Positions 9,315-20,299 of a DNA stretch of 64,000 bases are shown here, piece by piece (position 1 is the first letter of the stretch; every line of letters starts with the position of its first letter). The notes below the pieces were generated by a model. It worked only from the letters and a program-made list of their open reading frames with translations. It was not told the DNA's origin and did no database searches. Made by a program: the position numbers and the translations under genes. This DNA is from an uncultured Candidatus Binatia bacterium (GTDB lineage: Bacteria; Desulfobacterota; Binatia; HRBIN30; JACQVA1): assembly GCA_964648215.1 (NCBI GenBank), contig CAZYMF010000005.1, forward strand, positions 888 to 64,887, read 5' to 3'.

Positions 9315-9487
9315 TTGAAGCGACCGCCATGCTGTGCGCCGTGAGAGGGTAGCGTGGAAATCGCGCGCGCCGGAGCCTCGGGGACCTTGGCGAGTATCGC
9401 TCCGTGTGCTTTGATGCTGCCATAAGCGATTGGAGCGGATGGCGGCCCTTAGCAGGGGGGACAGGGCAGCAGCAGTCCGGTACGAAT

Positions 9488-10576
9488 GTGAAACGATCCT
9501 ACCTGTGGGGTTTGACGGTGGCGGGCATCGTGGCCTTGATGCTCGGCGCTGCGATCGCACGTGCACGCGAGTGGAGCGAGGACGACTTCCTCCACAAGGC
9601 CGGTAGCGCCAACTTTCTCGTTGTTGCCGGTCGCGACTGGCGCACGGCGCAGTCGGTCGTGGGGACGACTCGGTTCTACGAGGTGCAGAAGGGCGACACC
9701 TTCCTCGACCTCGCCCGCTATTTCCGTCTGGGTTACAACGAGCTGGTCGACGCCAACCCGGGTGTCGACGTCTGGGTTCCGCCGCCGGGGCAGGTCATCC
9801 TGATTCCGAGCGAGTTCATCATCCCCGATGTCGAGCCGAAGGGGATCGTGGTCAACATCCCGGAGATGCGGATTTACTACTTTCACCCGCGCGCCGACGA
9901 CCACTCGCCGCTGTTGTTGACAACCTATCCCGTTGGCCTGGGACGAGACGACTGGAAGACACCGGTCGGGCATTTCAAGGTCCGCGACAAGACCGTCAAC
10001 CCGCGCTGGGTGCTGCCGGAGTCGATTCGCGCGGAGCACCGCCGCGACGGCAAGCCGGCGCCCGCATTCATTGCCGGCGGCGCGCCGGACAATCCCCTGG
10101 GGAAATACCGTCTGGCATTGACCATGCCGCTCTATGCCATCCACGGTACGAACATCCCGTGGGGCGTGGGCATGCAGGTGAGCCACGGCTGCATTCGTCT
10201 CTACCCGGAGGACATTGCGCAGTTGTTCCCGATGGTGCCGGTGGGCACGCCGGGCGAGTTCGTCTATCAGCCGGTCAAGGTGGGGGCGCGCAACGGCCAG
10301 ATCTACGTCGAGGTGCACAAGGACATCTACGGCCTGACGCCGGGGCCGTACCGCGAGGCCATGCGTTTGCTGAACAAGTTCGGCTGGGCGAACCAGATCG
10401 ACGACAGCCGGCTTCGCCGGGCCATCGAGGAGCAGTCCGGCGTGCCGATGATGATCTCGCGCGATGCGGCCGGCGAGGCCGTGGTCGAGGAGCGCTTTCG
10501 CATCCGCCGGCCCAAGGCGGAGGACGCGGGCACGGTGCCTGCGATCCCGCGGCCGCAGCGGGCCCCGGCCGACTAG
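9488..10576 (+). CDS. L,D-transpeptidase (YkuD domain) with LysM domain
   Basis: LysM motif YEVQKGDTFLDLARYFRLGYNELVDANP. YkuD catalytic motif HGTNIPWGVGMQVSHGCIRL. GTG 9488 gives a signal/TM N-terminus (KRSYLWGLTVAGIVALMLGAAIA); the track start 9404 is probably too long. Confidence 0.85.
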   Translation: MKRSYLWGLTVAGIVALMLGAAIARAREWSEDDFLHKAGSANFLVVAGRDWRTAQSVVGTTRFYEVQKGDTFLDLARYFRLGYNELVDANPGVDVWVPPPGQVILIPSEFIIPDVEPKGIVVNIPEMRIYYFHPRADDHSPLLLTTYPVGLGRDDWKTPVGHFKVRDKTVNPRWVLPESIRAEHRRDGKPAPAFIAGGAPDNPLGKYRLALTMPLYAIHGTNIPWGVGMQVSHGCIRLYPEDIAQLFPMVPVGTPGEFVYQPVKVGARNGQIYVEVHKDIYGLTPGPYREAMRLLNKFGWANQIDDSRLRRAIEEQSGVPMMISRDAAGEAVVEERFRIRRPKAEDAGTVPAIPRPQRAPAD

Positions 10577-10598
10577 CGATTCGGCGCGCCGTCTCGCG

Positions 10599-11444
10599 CT
10601 ACCCGCGCCACGGCGTGCCGACGCAGAAGCAGCGGGAGGCCGCGGTCGGGTCGTTCTGGCGAAAGGCTTCGCAGTCCTCCTGGCGGCGAAAGACGTTGCC
10701 GGCCAGATCGGTCACCGTCACCGCGCGGCGCGTGGGTGGAATGGTCTGCGGGTGAGGATAGGAGTAGAAGCCCCAGACGGTGCAGGTGAGCGCCGCGTTG
10801 AGCTGCCATTGCATCATCGTCAGCTGCTCGCTGAGCGTGCGATTCTGCTGCTGCAGGGCCGTCGCGCGGTCGTCCTGCGCCGCGCTGGCCGAGGCGGCGT
10901 CCTCGTTGGCCTTGGTCAGCCGCTCGATCTCCTCCATCAACTTCGCGTTCTCCTGGCGCAGGTTCCCGTTCTCCTCATAGAGGCCGGTGTTCTCGCTGGT
11001 CGTGCGCCGGTGCGCCGCGCGCAGGTCGAGCAACGACTGTTTGAGCTCGGCAACCAGTGTATCGGAGGGGTGGGGTGGGCTCGGCGCCGCCGTGGGCGGC
11101 GGTGGCGCGACGCTGAAGCGCCGCTCGGCCTGGATCAGGCCGCCGAGGAGCGGGGCGCGCGCCTGGAGGCGATACGAGCCGGGGCCGGACAGGTCCGCGG
11201 CGCTGAGCTCGAACGGCGACGGATGGGTCCCAAGGTCACGGGGCGCCGCGCCTGCGCCCACGAGGCGAAGGCGCAGGCGCGGCGGACCCTCCCACCGGAC
11301 CTGCACCGGAGGTGTGACGAGGGTGCCGTCGGCCGGCGTGATGATCAGCGGCTGCAGCAGCCGCAGCAGCGGCACCTGGAGCACCAGCTCGAGTAGAACC
11401 AGCGCTGCTGCCGTGACCAATGCGATACCGAGCGTGTTGCGCAT
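10599..11444 (-). CDS. Membrane-anchored coiled-coil protein with Cys-containing C-terminal domain (hypothetical)
   Basis: N-terminal TM segment (LGIALVTAAALVLLELVL), a Pro-rich linker, then a heptad-rich stretch (LYEENGNLRQENAKLMEEIERL). The C-terminal part has four Cys. ATG 11444 is preferred to the track start 11513. Confidence 0.55.
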   Translation of the reverse strand: MRNTLGIALVTAAALVLLELVLQVPLLRLLQPLIITPADGTLVTPPVQVRWEGPPRLRLRLVGAGAAPRDLGTHPSPFELSAADLSGPGSYRLQARAPLLGGLIQAERRFSVAPPPPTAAPSPPHPSDTLVAELKQSLLDLRAAHRRTTSENTGLYEENGNLRQENAKLMEEIERLTKANEDAASASAAQDDRATALQQQNRTLSEQLTMMQWQLNAALTCTVWGFYSYPHPQTIPPTRRAVTVTDLAGNVFRRQEDCEAFRQNDPTAASRCFCVGTPWRG

Positions 11445-11587
11445 CCGAGTCGCCTCGGGCGCGAGTATAGGCCAACTCGCCAGTGTCCGCCTACCCCTGT
11501 TCGGTACGCGCACGACCGGCCGGCCGAGCTTGACTCTCTGGGGTATCCCGGTTAAGCGTCAGCGACTCTGCTGCAGGACACACCCAC

Positions 11588-13102
11588 GTGGAAAGCGATA
11601 GTTCGGACCTCATTGCGACGCGGCGCCGCAAGCTGGAGGAGATTCGCGCTCGCGGCGATGAGCCGTTTCCGAACGACTTCCGACCCGGCGAGACTGCGGC
11701 GAGCGTGCAAGCGCGCTTCGGGGCGTTGCGCCGCGAAGAGCTGGAAAGGGTCGAGGATCGCGTCGCCATCGCCGGCCGCATCGTCGGCCTGCGCGATTTC
11801 GGCAAGGCCTCGTTTGTCCATCTCCAGGATCGCACCGGTCGGTTGCAGGTCTACGTCAAGCGCGACGTCGTCGGCGAGCAGCGATTCGCGGCCTTCAAGC
11901 TCATGGACCTGGGCGACTTTGCCGGCGTGACCGGGCGTCCGTTCCGCACCCGCACCGACGAGCTGACCATCGAGGCCGACGAGATTCGCCTGGTGGCCAA
12001 GACGCTGCGACCCCTCCCCGAGAAATGGCACGGTCTGACCGACGTCGAAGCACGCTATCGCCAGCGCTACCTCGATCTGATCGCCAATGACCAGGTGCGT
12101 GCGGTTTTCCGTGTCCGTTCGCGTGTGATCGATCGCATCCGCGCTTTCCTGACCGCACGCGACTTCCTCGAGGTCGAGACGCCGATGATGCAGACACTGG
12201 CCGGGGGCGCGGCGGCCCGGCCGTTCGTGACACACCACAACGCTCTCGACATCGACCTCTACCTGCGCATCGCCCCCGAGCTCTTCCTCAAGCGGCTGCT
12301 GGTCGGCGGCTTCGAGCGGGTGTTCGAGCTCAACCGGGTGTTTCGCAATGAAGGCGTCTCGGTCCGGCACAACCCCGAGTTCACCATGCTCGAGTTCTAC
12401 TGGGCCTACGCCACGTACGAGGACTTGATGCAGATGACCGAGGAGTTGGTGGCCACGCTCGCCGACGACATCGTCGGCGCCCGCACCTTCCCCTACGGCG
12501 AGTGGACGATCGACGTCAGCCCGCCGTGGCGGCGATTGTCGATTCCGGAGTACGTTGCCGCCCACGGCGACGTCGCGCTGGAGGACGTGCTGGCTCTCGA
12601 CCTGGCCGCCGTGAAGAGAGCGGCCCGGCGCATGGGTGTCCCGGTCGAGCGCGACTACGAGGGACACTACGGGCCGTCCGCCGCGGGCTATTTGCTGGTC
12701 GACGTGTTCGAGGCGGCGGCCGAGGCGGAGCTGATCCAGCCCACCTTCGTGCACCAGTACCCGGCCGCGGTCTCGCCGCTGGCGCGGCGCAATCCTGCCC
12801 GCCCGCTGTTCGTCGATCGCTTCGAGGCGTTCGTGGCCGGGCGCGAGCTGGCAAACGCGTTCTCGGAGCTCAACGACCCGGAGGACCAGCGCCGGCGCTT
12901 CACCGAGCAGCTGGCGGCGCGCGCGGCGGGTGACGAGGAGGCGCACGTGATGGACGAAGACTACGTGCGGGCACTGGAACACGGCATGCCCCCGGCCGCC
13001 GGCGAGGGCATCGGCATCGACCGGCTGGTGATGTTGTTGACCAACTCTCCCTCGATCCGCGACGTCATCCTGTTCCCCCACATGAGGCCGCACGCGCGGT
13101 GA
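11588..13102 (+). CDS. lysS: Lysine--tRNA ligase, class II
   Basis: 504 aa with an OB-fold N-domain and class II motifs ([45 protein letters not shown]). Confidence 0.95.
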   Translation: MESDSSDLIATRRRKLEEIRARGDEPFPNDFRPGETAASVQARFGALRREELERVEDRVAIAGRIVGLRDFGKASFVHLQDRTGRLQVYVKRDVVGEQRFAAFKLMDLGDFAGVTGRPFRTRTDELTIEADEIRLVAKTLRPLPEKWHGLTDVEARYRQRYLDLIANDQVRAVFRVRSRVIDRIRAFLTARDFLEVETPMMQTLAGGAAARPFVTHHNALDIDLYLRIAPELFLKRLLVGGFERVFELNRVFRNEGVSVRHNPEFTMLEFYWAYATYEDLMQMTEELVATLADDIVGARTFPYGEWTIDVSPPWRRLSIPEYVAAHGDVALEDVLALDLAAVKRAARRMGVPVERDYEGHYGPSAAGYLLVDVFEAAAEAELIQPTFVHQYPAAVSPLARRNPARPLFVDRFEAFVAGRELANAFSELNDPEDQRRRFTEQLAARAAGDEEAHVMDEDYVRALEHGMPPAAGEGIGIDRLVMLLTNSPSIRDVILFPHMRPHAR

Positions 13103-13156
13103 TCTCGGGCACGGGCGCGGCCCCGTGCCTGCCGACCTGGGCGCGACCAGAGCACG

Positions 13157-14405
13157 ATGCGGTACGAGCTGTTCATCGGCCTGCGATACCTACGGGCAAA
13201 GCGCAAAGAGGCGTTCATCTCGCTGATCACGGTGATCTCCATGATCGGCGTGCTGATCGGCGTCATGACGCTGAACATCGTCCTGTCGGTGATGACCGGT
13301 TTCGAGGAGGATCTGCGCGACCGGATCCTCGGCTTCAATCCGCACATCGTGATCCTGAGCTACAGCGGCACCATCTCCGACTATCAATCGACGGTGGATC
13401 AGGTGCTGGCCGTGCCCGGGGTCGTCGTCGCCGAGCCCTTCGTCTACGGTCAGGTGATGCTGTCCACGCGCCAGAACGTCTCGGGCATTCTGGTGCGCGG
13501 CGTATTGCCGGCGACGGGGGGTGCGGTCGACCTGGAGCGCCACCTCACCGAGGGCCACATCGACGCGCTGGCCAAGCTGCATTCGGTCGAGCGCGACAAG
13601 CAGATCGGCGGCACGGTTTCCCTGCCGGGAATCATCCTCGGCCGCGAGCTGGCGCGCCAGCTCGACCTCGCGCTCGGGGACACGGTGAGCATGATCTCGC
13701 CCATGGGCACGCCGACGGCCGCCGGGGTCGTGCCGCGGGTCAAGAGATTCGTCGTCGTCGGCATCTTCAACTCCGGGATGTCCGAGTACGATTCCTCGTT
13801 GGCGTACATCAGCCTGCCGGAGGCACAGCACTTCTTCGACCTCGGCAGGGCCGTCACCGGCATCGAGGTCCGCGTCCGCGATCTCTACGACGCCTCCAAA
13901 ATCGCCGGCCAGATTCGCAAGGAGCTGGGGTTCCCGTACCGCGTCCGCGACTGGATGGAGATCAACCACAGCCTGTTCTCCGCGCTCAAGCTGGAGAAGA
14001 CCGTGTACTTCATCGTCCTGCTCCTCATCATCCTCGTGGCCGCCTTCAACATCGTGGCGACCCTGATCATGGTGGTGATGGAGAAGCGCAAGGACATCGC
14101 GATTCTCAAGTCGATGGGCGCCACCGCGGCCGGCGTCGCGCGCATCTTCGTCCTCAAGGGCGTGATCGTCGGCGTGGCCGGGACGCTGTCGGGCGACCTG
14201 CTCGGCTATCTCGGCTGCCTGGCCCTGCGCCGCTACCAGTTCATCAAGCTCGATCCCAACGTCTTCTACACGTCGACCGTCCCGGTACGGATGTACCCCG
14301 AGTACTTCGCCATCGTCACGCTGGCGTCGATTGCCATCTGCCTGCTGGCAACGATCTACCCGGCCCGCCAGGCGGCCCGTCTGGTGCCGGTGGACGTGAT
14401 TCGGT

Positions 14406-14413
<8 letters not shown>
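13157..14413 (+). CDS. lolC: Lipoprotein-releasing system permease LolC/LolE family (single copy here)
   Basis: [23 protein letters not shown]-terminus, a large periplasmic loop and a C-terminal FtsX-type TM bundle. Confidence 0.9.
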
Positions 14414-15083
<670 letters not shown>

Positions 15084-15162
15084 AGATCGGGCCGGCGCTT
15101 GCTTTACACGCTCGGGGGCCTTTGCTACGAACTCGCTCCAATCAACGGCAGGGAGGTGGTGG

Positions 15163-17508
15163 TTGCGAGCGCTGCCAACGATGATTCTGGTGGGGTTCGT
15201 TCTGCGCGCCACGGCCTCGATCGCTCAGGCTCAGCCCGTGGTCGGACCCGCCCCGTCGATTTCCTTCAGCCAGGTCCGGATCACCGGGAACCATCGGGTC
15301 GAGGAGGAAGCCATTCGCGTGCAGCTCCACACCCACGCGGGTGGCGCCTACGATCCGGCGACGGTGGACGAGGACATCCGCAACGTCTATCGGATGGGCT
15401 TCTTCAGCGACGTGCAGGCGGAGGTGTCGCAGGAGAACGGCGCCTGGGTGCTCACCTATCACGTGGTCGAGCGGCCCGAAATCAAGGAGGTGCACCTCGA
15501 GGGGAACAAGAAGATCGACCGCGAGGACCTCGATAACGCCCTGAAGATCCGCCCCAACACCATTCTCGATCCCACCAAGATCCGCCGCGGCATCGCGGAG
15601 GCCCAGAAGCTGTACGAGAAGAAGGGGTACCTCGACGCCAAGATCACCTACACCACCAAGTCCGTGGCCGACAACGAGGTGGTCGTCACCCTCCACGTGG
15701 ACGAAGGCAAGGTCGTCCGTATCAAGCACCTCGTCTTCGAGGGTGCCGAGCACATTCCGGCGTCGACGCTGCGCAAGGTGATGCAGACGAAGGAGGAGTG
15801 GTTTCTCTCGTTCATCACCAACGCCGGCGTGCTCGATCGCGAGGTGCTCAAGACCGACATCGAGCGCTTGACGGCATACTACTACGATCACGGCTACATC
15901 GACGTCCGCATCGACGAGCCGGTCATCGAACGCAAGGAGGACGGGCTCTACGTCACCATCAAGATCGACGAGGGCAAACAGTTCAAGGCGGGCAAGGTCG
16001 ACCTCGCCGGTGATCTGCTCCCCGACGACGACGCGCTGCGCAAACAGCTGACCTTGAAGGAAGGGGCAATCTTTCGCACCAGCGAGCTGCGCGCGGACAT
16101 CAACAAGATCACCGAGTTCTACGGCGATCGCGGCTACGCCTTCGTCAACGTCACCCCCGACACGCAGATCGAGGCGGGCAAACAGGAAGTCAACGTCCTG
16201 TACAAGATCAGCAAGGGTCCCCTGGTCACGGTCGGCAAGATAGAGATCACCGGCAACACCAAGACGCGCGACAAGGTCATCCGCCGCGAGGTCAAAGTGC
16301 AGGAGCAGCAGCTGTTCTCCGGGTCCAAGCTGCGCAAGAGCCAGGAAAACTTGCGGCGGCTGGGGTTCTTCGAGGACGTCAACCTGACCACGCGCAAGGC
16401 CGGGAGTGAAGACCATCTCGACCTTCTGGTGAACGTGAAGGAGGGGTCGACCGGCACCTTTTCCGCCGGCGCCGGCGTCGCCTCCGGCGAGTCCTTCCTG
16501 TTCAACGTGCGGCTGCAGGAGATCAACCTGTTCGGCCGCGGCCAGCGACTGGTGCTCAACGCCGACCTCGGCTCCATCCGTCGCCAGTTCCAGGTCAGCT
16601 TCACCGAGCCGTACCTCTTCGACAGCCAGATGAGCCTCGGCGTCGATCTGTTCAACTGGGAGCTGATCTTCGACGAGTTCACCCGCGGCGGCACGGGTGG
16701 CGGTATCCGCACCCTGTACCCGCTGACGGCGCTCGGCTGGGACAAGCTGTGGGGCTTCTCTCTCGAGGACACCCGTCTCGGTCTCGAGTACCGGGCCGAG
16801 GAGGCCACGATCAAGGACGTCTCGTTCACCGCGGCCCAGACCATCAAGAACGAGGAAGGCTCGAGCCTGACCAGCAGCCTGACGCCGCGAATCTTCCGCG
16901 ACACCCGCAACCATCCGTTCGATCCCACCGGCGGGTCGCTGCAGGACTTCTCGATCGAGTTCGCCGGCCTCGGCGGGCAGAGCAAGTTCGTCAAGGTGGA
17001 GAGCCGCCTGCGCTGGTACCTGCCGTTCTACAAGAGCTCGCCGCTGGGCACGCTCGTGTTTGCGCCCGGCGTCACATTCGGCTACGGGCTCGGTTATGGA
17101 GGAACCAGTGGCTTGCCGCTGTTCGAGCGGTACTTTCCCGGCGGCATCAACTCGGTGCGCGGGTTCCTGGTGCGATCCCTCGGCCCGCGGGACAATGTGT
17201 TCAACTCGCGCGGCCAGCTGGTGCGGCGAGACGTCGTCGGCGGCAGCCAGGAGCTCGTGTTCAACAACGATCTGATCTTTCCCATCATTGAGTCGCTGGG
17301 GCTCAAGGGCGTTCTCTTCTTCGATGCCGGCAATGCGTTCCGATCGTCACAGGGTATAGCATGGAGCGACATGCGCATGTCGGTGGGCACGGGCGTGCGG
17401 TGGCTGTCCCCGATCGGCCCGCTGCGCATCGAGGTCGGATTTCCCCTCAATCCACGGGTGGGCGATGACAAGCGGGCGGTGCTGTTCTCCTTCGGCGGGC
17501 CGCCCTGA
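15163..17508 (+). CDS. bamA: Outer membrane protein assembly factor BamA
   Basis: Five POTRA-like repeats, then an Omp85 barrel ending ...AVLFSFGGPP. I prefer TTG 15163, which has GGGAGGTGG just upstream and gives the signal peptide MRALPTMILVGFVLRATASIAQA. The track start is 15067 and an ATG lies at 15181. Confidence 0.9.
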   Translation: MRALPTMILVGFVLRATASIAQAQPVVGPAPSISFSQVRITGNHRVEEEAIRVQLHTHAGGAYDPATVDEDIRNVYRMGFFSDVQAEVSQENGAWVLTYHVVERPEIKEVHLEGNKKIDREDLDNALKIRPNTILDPTKIRRGIAEAQKLYEKKGYLDAKITYTTKSVADNEVVVTLHVDEGKVVRIKHLVFEGAEHIPASTLRKVMQTKEEWFLSFITNAGVLDREVLKTDIERLTAYYYDHGYIDVRIDEPVIERKEDGLYVTIKIDEGKQFKAGKVDLAGDLLPDDDALRKQLTLKEGAIFRTSELRADINKITEFYGDRGYAFVNVTPDTQIEAGKQEVNVLYKISKGPLVTVGKIEITGNTKTRDKVIRREVKVQEQQLFSGSKLRKSQENLRRLGFFEDVNLTTRKAGSEDHLDLLVNVKEGSTGTFSAGAGVASGESFLFNVRLQEINLFGRGQRLVLNADLGSIRRQFQVSFTEPYLFDSQMSLGVDLFNWELIFDEFTRGGTGGGIRTLYPLTALGWDKLWGFSLEDTRLGLEYRAEEATIKDVSFTAAQTIKNEEGSSLTSSLTPRIFRDTRNHPFDPTGGSLQDFSIEFAGLGGQSKFVKVESRLRWYLPFYKSSPLGTLVFAPGVTFGYGLGYGGTSGLPLFERYFPGGINSVRGFLVRSLGPRDNVFNSRGQLVRRDVVGGSQELVFNNDLIFPIIESLGLKGVLFFDAGNAFRSSQGIAWSDMRMSVGTGVRWLSPIGPLRIEVGFPLNPRVGDDKRAVLFSFGGPP

Positions 17509-17538
17509 TCCCGCTCGCGAACGAAGTCGGATGGAGGC

Positions 17539-18066
17539 ATGAGAATGAAATGGATCGCAGGGGTCGTACTGCTGGGCCTGATGGCTTCGCCGGTGCTGGC
17601 CGACAATGTGAAGATCGGCTACGTCGATCTGCAGCGGGCGTTGAACGAGTCGAACGCGGGCAAGCGCGCGCGCGACGAGTTCAAGTCCCAGGTCGACAAG
17701 GCGCAGGCGTCGCTCAAGAAGCAGAAGGACGAGGTCGACGCGCTGCGCGAGCAGCTCGCGAAGAAGTCGATGGTGATGAAGGACGAGGAGCGCAGCAACC
17801 TGGAGAAGGAGCTCGCCCGCAAGGGTCGCGACTTCGAGCGCGCCTACAAGGACTCGCAGAGCGATCTGCAAGCGAAGGACAACGAGCTGACGGCCGGCAT
17901 CCTGCGGGGCCTGCAGAAGGTGATCAAGCGGTACGGCGACAAGGAGGGCTACACCCTGATTCTGGAGAACTCCAGCAACGCGGTGCTCTACAGCGCCAAG
18001 GACGCCGATCTGACCGACACCATCGTCAAGCTCTACAACGCTCGGGGTGACAAGGGGAAGGATTGA
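17539..18066 (+). CDS. skp: OmpH/Skp periplasmic chaperone
   Basis: Signal peptide, then IGYVDLQRAL and a long Lys/Glu-rich coiled arm. Canonical position after bamA. Confidence 0.85.
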   Translation: MRMKWIAGVVLLGLMASPVLADNVKIGYVDLQRALNESNAGKRARDEFKSQVDKAQASLKKQKDEVDALREQLAKKSMVMKDEERSNLEKELARKGRDFERAYKDSQSDLQAKDNELTAGILRGLQKVIKRYGDKEGYTLILENSSNAVLYSAKDADLTDTIVKLYNARGDKGKD

Positions 18067-18530
18067 TGGGCGAGGGCGCCGGGGGTTTTGATCATCACGA
18101 GATCGCCGCGCTGCTGCCGCACCGGTACCCGTTTCAGTTCGTCGATCGGGTCCTCGAGTTCGTCGACCGGGAACGCATCGTCGCGATCAAGAATCTCTCC
18201 TTGCTCGATCCCTTCTTTCGCGGTCATTTCCCCGGCAACCCGGTCATGCCGGGCGTGCTGATCTGTGAAGCCCTGGCCCAGACCGGCGCTCTGCTCGCGC
18301 ATCGCTCGACCGACGGCGTGCCGCCCGACGCGGGCGTCGTGCTCAGCGGCCTGGACAACGTGCGTTTTCGCCGGCCGGTGGTCCCCGGAGACCAGCTGCG
18401 CCTGGAGGTGAACATCGTCCGCGTCCACCGGCCGCTGTGGCGGTTGCGCGGCAGGGCACTGGTCGAGGGACAGCTGGCGGCGGAAGCGCACATCCTCGCC
18501 ATGGAAGTCAGCCGCAGCCGGCGGGCCTGA
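18063..18530 (+). CDS. fabZ: 3-hydroxyacyl-ACP dehydratase FabZ
   Basis: LLPHRYPFQFVDRV, FFRGHFPGNPVMPGVL, EALAQTG. Confidence 0.93.
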   Translation: MMGEGAGGFDHHEIAALLPHRYPFQFVDRVLEFVDRERIVAIKNLSLLDPFFRGHFPGNPVMPGVLICEALAQTGALLAHRSTDGVPPDAGVVLSGLDNVRFRRPVVPGDQLRLEVNIVRVHRPLWRLRGRALVEGQLAAEAHILAMEVSRSRRA

Positions 18531-18550
18531 GAGCGGACGGCAGGCAGACG

Positions 18551-19438
18551 ATGAGAGCCACCCCAGCCAAGGTCAAGACGCGCAAGCCCGCCGCCAAGCG
18601 GGCGGCGCGGCCGAAAAGGCGAAGCGCCAGGGACATCCACCCCACGGCCGTGGTCGCACGCGGCGCTGAGCTCGCCGACGGAGTCCGCATCGGACCGTAT
18701 GTCATCATCGGCCCAGGGGTGCGCCTGGGCGCCGGCACCCGCGTCGGCCCGCACGCGGTGATCGAGGGACACACCACCATCGGCGAGGAAAACGTGATCT
18801 TCCAGTTCGCGGCCATCGGGGCGATCACTCCCGACCTGAAATATCGCGGGGAGGACAGCCAGCTGATCATCGGCAACCGCAACAGCATTCGCGAGTTCGC
18901 CACGCTCCATCCCGGCACCGCCGTCGGCGGTATGATCACTCGCATCGGCGACGACAACCTGTGCATGCCGTACAGCCACGTGGCGCACGACTGCCGCCTC
19001 GGCAGCCACATCGTCATGGCCAACGGTGCCCAGCTGGGCGGCCACGTCACCGTTCAGGACTACGCCGTGTTCGGCGCCCTGGTCGGCGTGCATCAATTCT
19101 CGACCGTGGGCGAGTCGGCGATGCTCGGCGCCGGCGCCATGGTGCCCCTGGACGTGCCGCCGTTCTGCAGCGCCGCCGGCGACCGGGCCGTGCTGCATGG
19201 CCTCAATCTCATCGGTCTGCAGCGGCGCGGCTTTGCCCCGGAGACGATCCGTACCCTCAAGCGCGCCTACCGCATCATGTTTCGCTCCGGCCTCAAGGTG
19301 TCCGAGGCGGCGGCGCGCAGCCGCGCCGAGCTGCCGCCGAGCCCCGAGGTCGAACGCTTCCTCGGCTTCATCGAGGGTTCCGCACGCGGCGTTTGCCGGC
19401 CGGCCGGCCCGGCCTCGGGCGCCGAGGGCGAGGACTGA
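18551..19438 (+). CDS. lpxA: Acyl-ACP--UDP-GlcNAc O-acyltransferase LpxA, with a 27-aa Lys/Arg-rich N-terminal tail
   Basis: IHPTAVV start of a left-handed beta-helix with hexapeptide repeats, then HVAHDCRLG and GLNLIGLQRRGF. ATG 18551 is the only in-frame ATG/GTG/TTG after the fabZ stop that keeps the IHPTA motif. Confidence 0.92.
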   Translation: MRATPAKVKTRKPAAKRAARPKRRSARDIHPTAVVARGAELADGVRIGPYVIIGPGVRLGAGTRVGPHAVIEGHTTIGEENVIFQFAAIGAITPDLKYRGEDSQLIIGNRNSIREFATLHPGTAVGGMITRIGDDNLCMPYSHVAHDCRLGSHIVMANGAQLGGHVTVQDYAVFGALVGVHQFSTVGESAMLGAGAMVPLDVPPFCSAAGDRAVLHGLNLIGLQRRGFAPETIRTLKRAYRIMFRSGLKVSEAAARSRAELPPSPEVERFLGFIEGSARGVCRPAGPASGAEGED

Positions 19439-19483
19439 GCGCCGGCTTCGCCCGGCGCGGCGGGGCTGCTACGCTGTCGCTCG

Positions 19484-20299
19484 ATGGAGTGGGTCGGACT
19501 AATCGCTGGGAACGGGCGTTTCCCCTTGATTTTCGCGGAAAGTGCCCGGGCCTCCGGCCTCGCCGTGGTGGCCGTGGCCCACGAGGGCGAGACCTTGCCC
19601 GAGCTGGCGCCGCTGGTAGACAACATCACCTGGATCAAGGTGGGACAGCTCGAGCGCATGATCGAGGCCTTCCGCCAGCATCATGTCCGGCGCGCCGTGA
19701 TGGCCGGCGGGTTGCGCAAGGCGGCGCTGCTCGAGCACTTTGCCCCCGACGAGCGCGGCACGCGCTTTCTCGCCGGGTTGACCGCGTTCTCCGACGACGC
19801 GCTGCTGCGCGGACTGGCGACGGAGCTGGAGAGCGAAGGGATCAGCGTCGTCGATTCCGCACCCTTCTTGCGCTCGATCCTGGCGGAGCACGGGTCGCTG
19901 GCCGGGGGCGAACCGACGGACGAGCAGTGGCGCGACATCCGCTTCGGCGTCGAGGTCGCCAAGGCCGTCGGCCGCTTCGACATCGGCCAGAGCGTCGTCG
20001 TGCGCTCGGGCATGGTCCTGGCGGTCGAGGCCATCGAAGGCACCGACGCCGCGATCCGGCGCGCCGGCGTCCTCGGCGGTCGCGGCGCCGTTGCCGTGAA
20101 GGTGAGCAAGCCCGGCCAGGACCTGCGCTTCGACATGCCGGCCGTCGGACCCGGAACGGTGGCGGTGGCGCGAGAGGCCGGGATCGCCGTGCTGGCCCTG
20201 GAAGCCGACAAGACGCTGCTGCTCGACAAAGCCCAGTTCCTGGCCGATGCCCGCGCCGCTGATCTGGTGGTGGTCGGCGTCGCGAGTCCGGAGAAATGA
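19484..20299 (+). CDS. lpxI: UDP-2,3-diacylglucosamine hydrolase LpxI (DUF1009 family)
   Basis: GLIAGNGRFPL, FDIGQSVVV, AVEAIEGTDAAIRRAG, KPGQDLRFDMPAVG. Confidence 0.85.
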   Translation: MEWVGLIAGNGRFPLIFAESARASGLAVVAVAHEGETLPELAPLVDNITWIKVGQLERMIEAFRQHHVRRAVMAGGLRKAALLEHFAPDERGTRFLAGLTAFSDDALLRGLATELESEGISVVDSAPFLRSILAEHGSLAGGEPTDEQWRDIRFGVEVAKAVGRFDIGQSVVVRSGMVLAVEAIEGTDAAIRRAGVLGGRGAVAVKVSKPGQDLRFDMPAVGPGTVAVAREAGIAVLALEADKTLLLDKAQFLADARAADLVVVGVASPEK

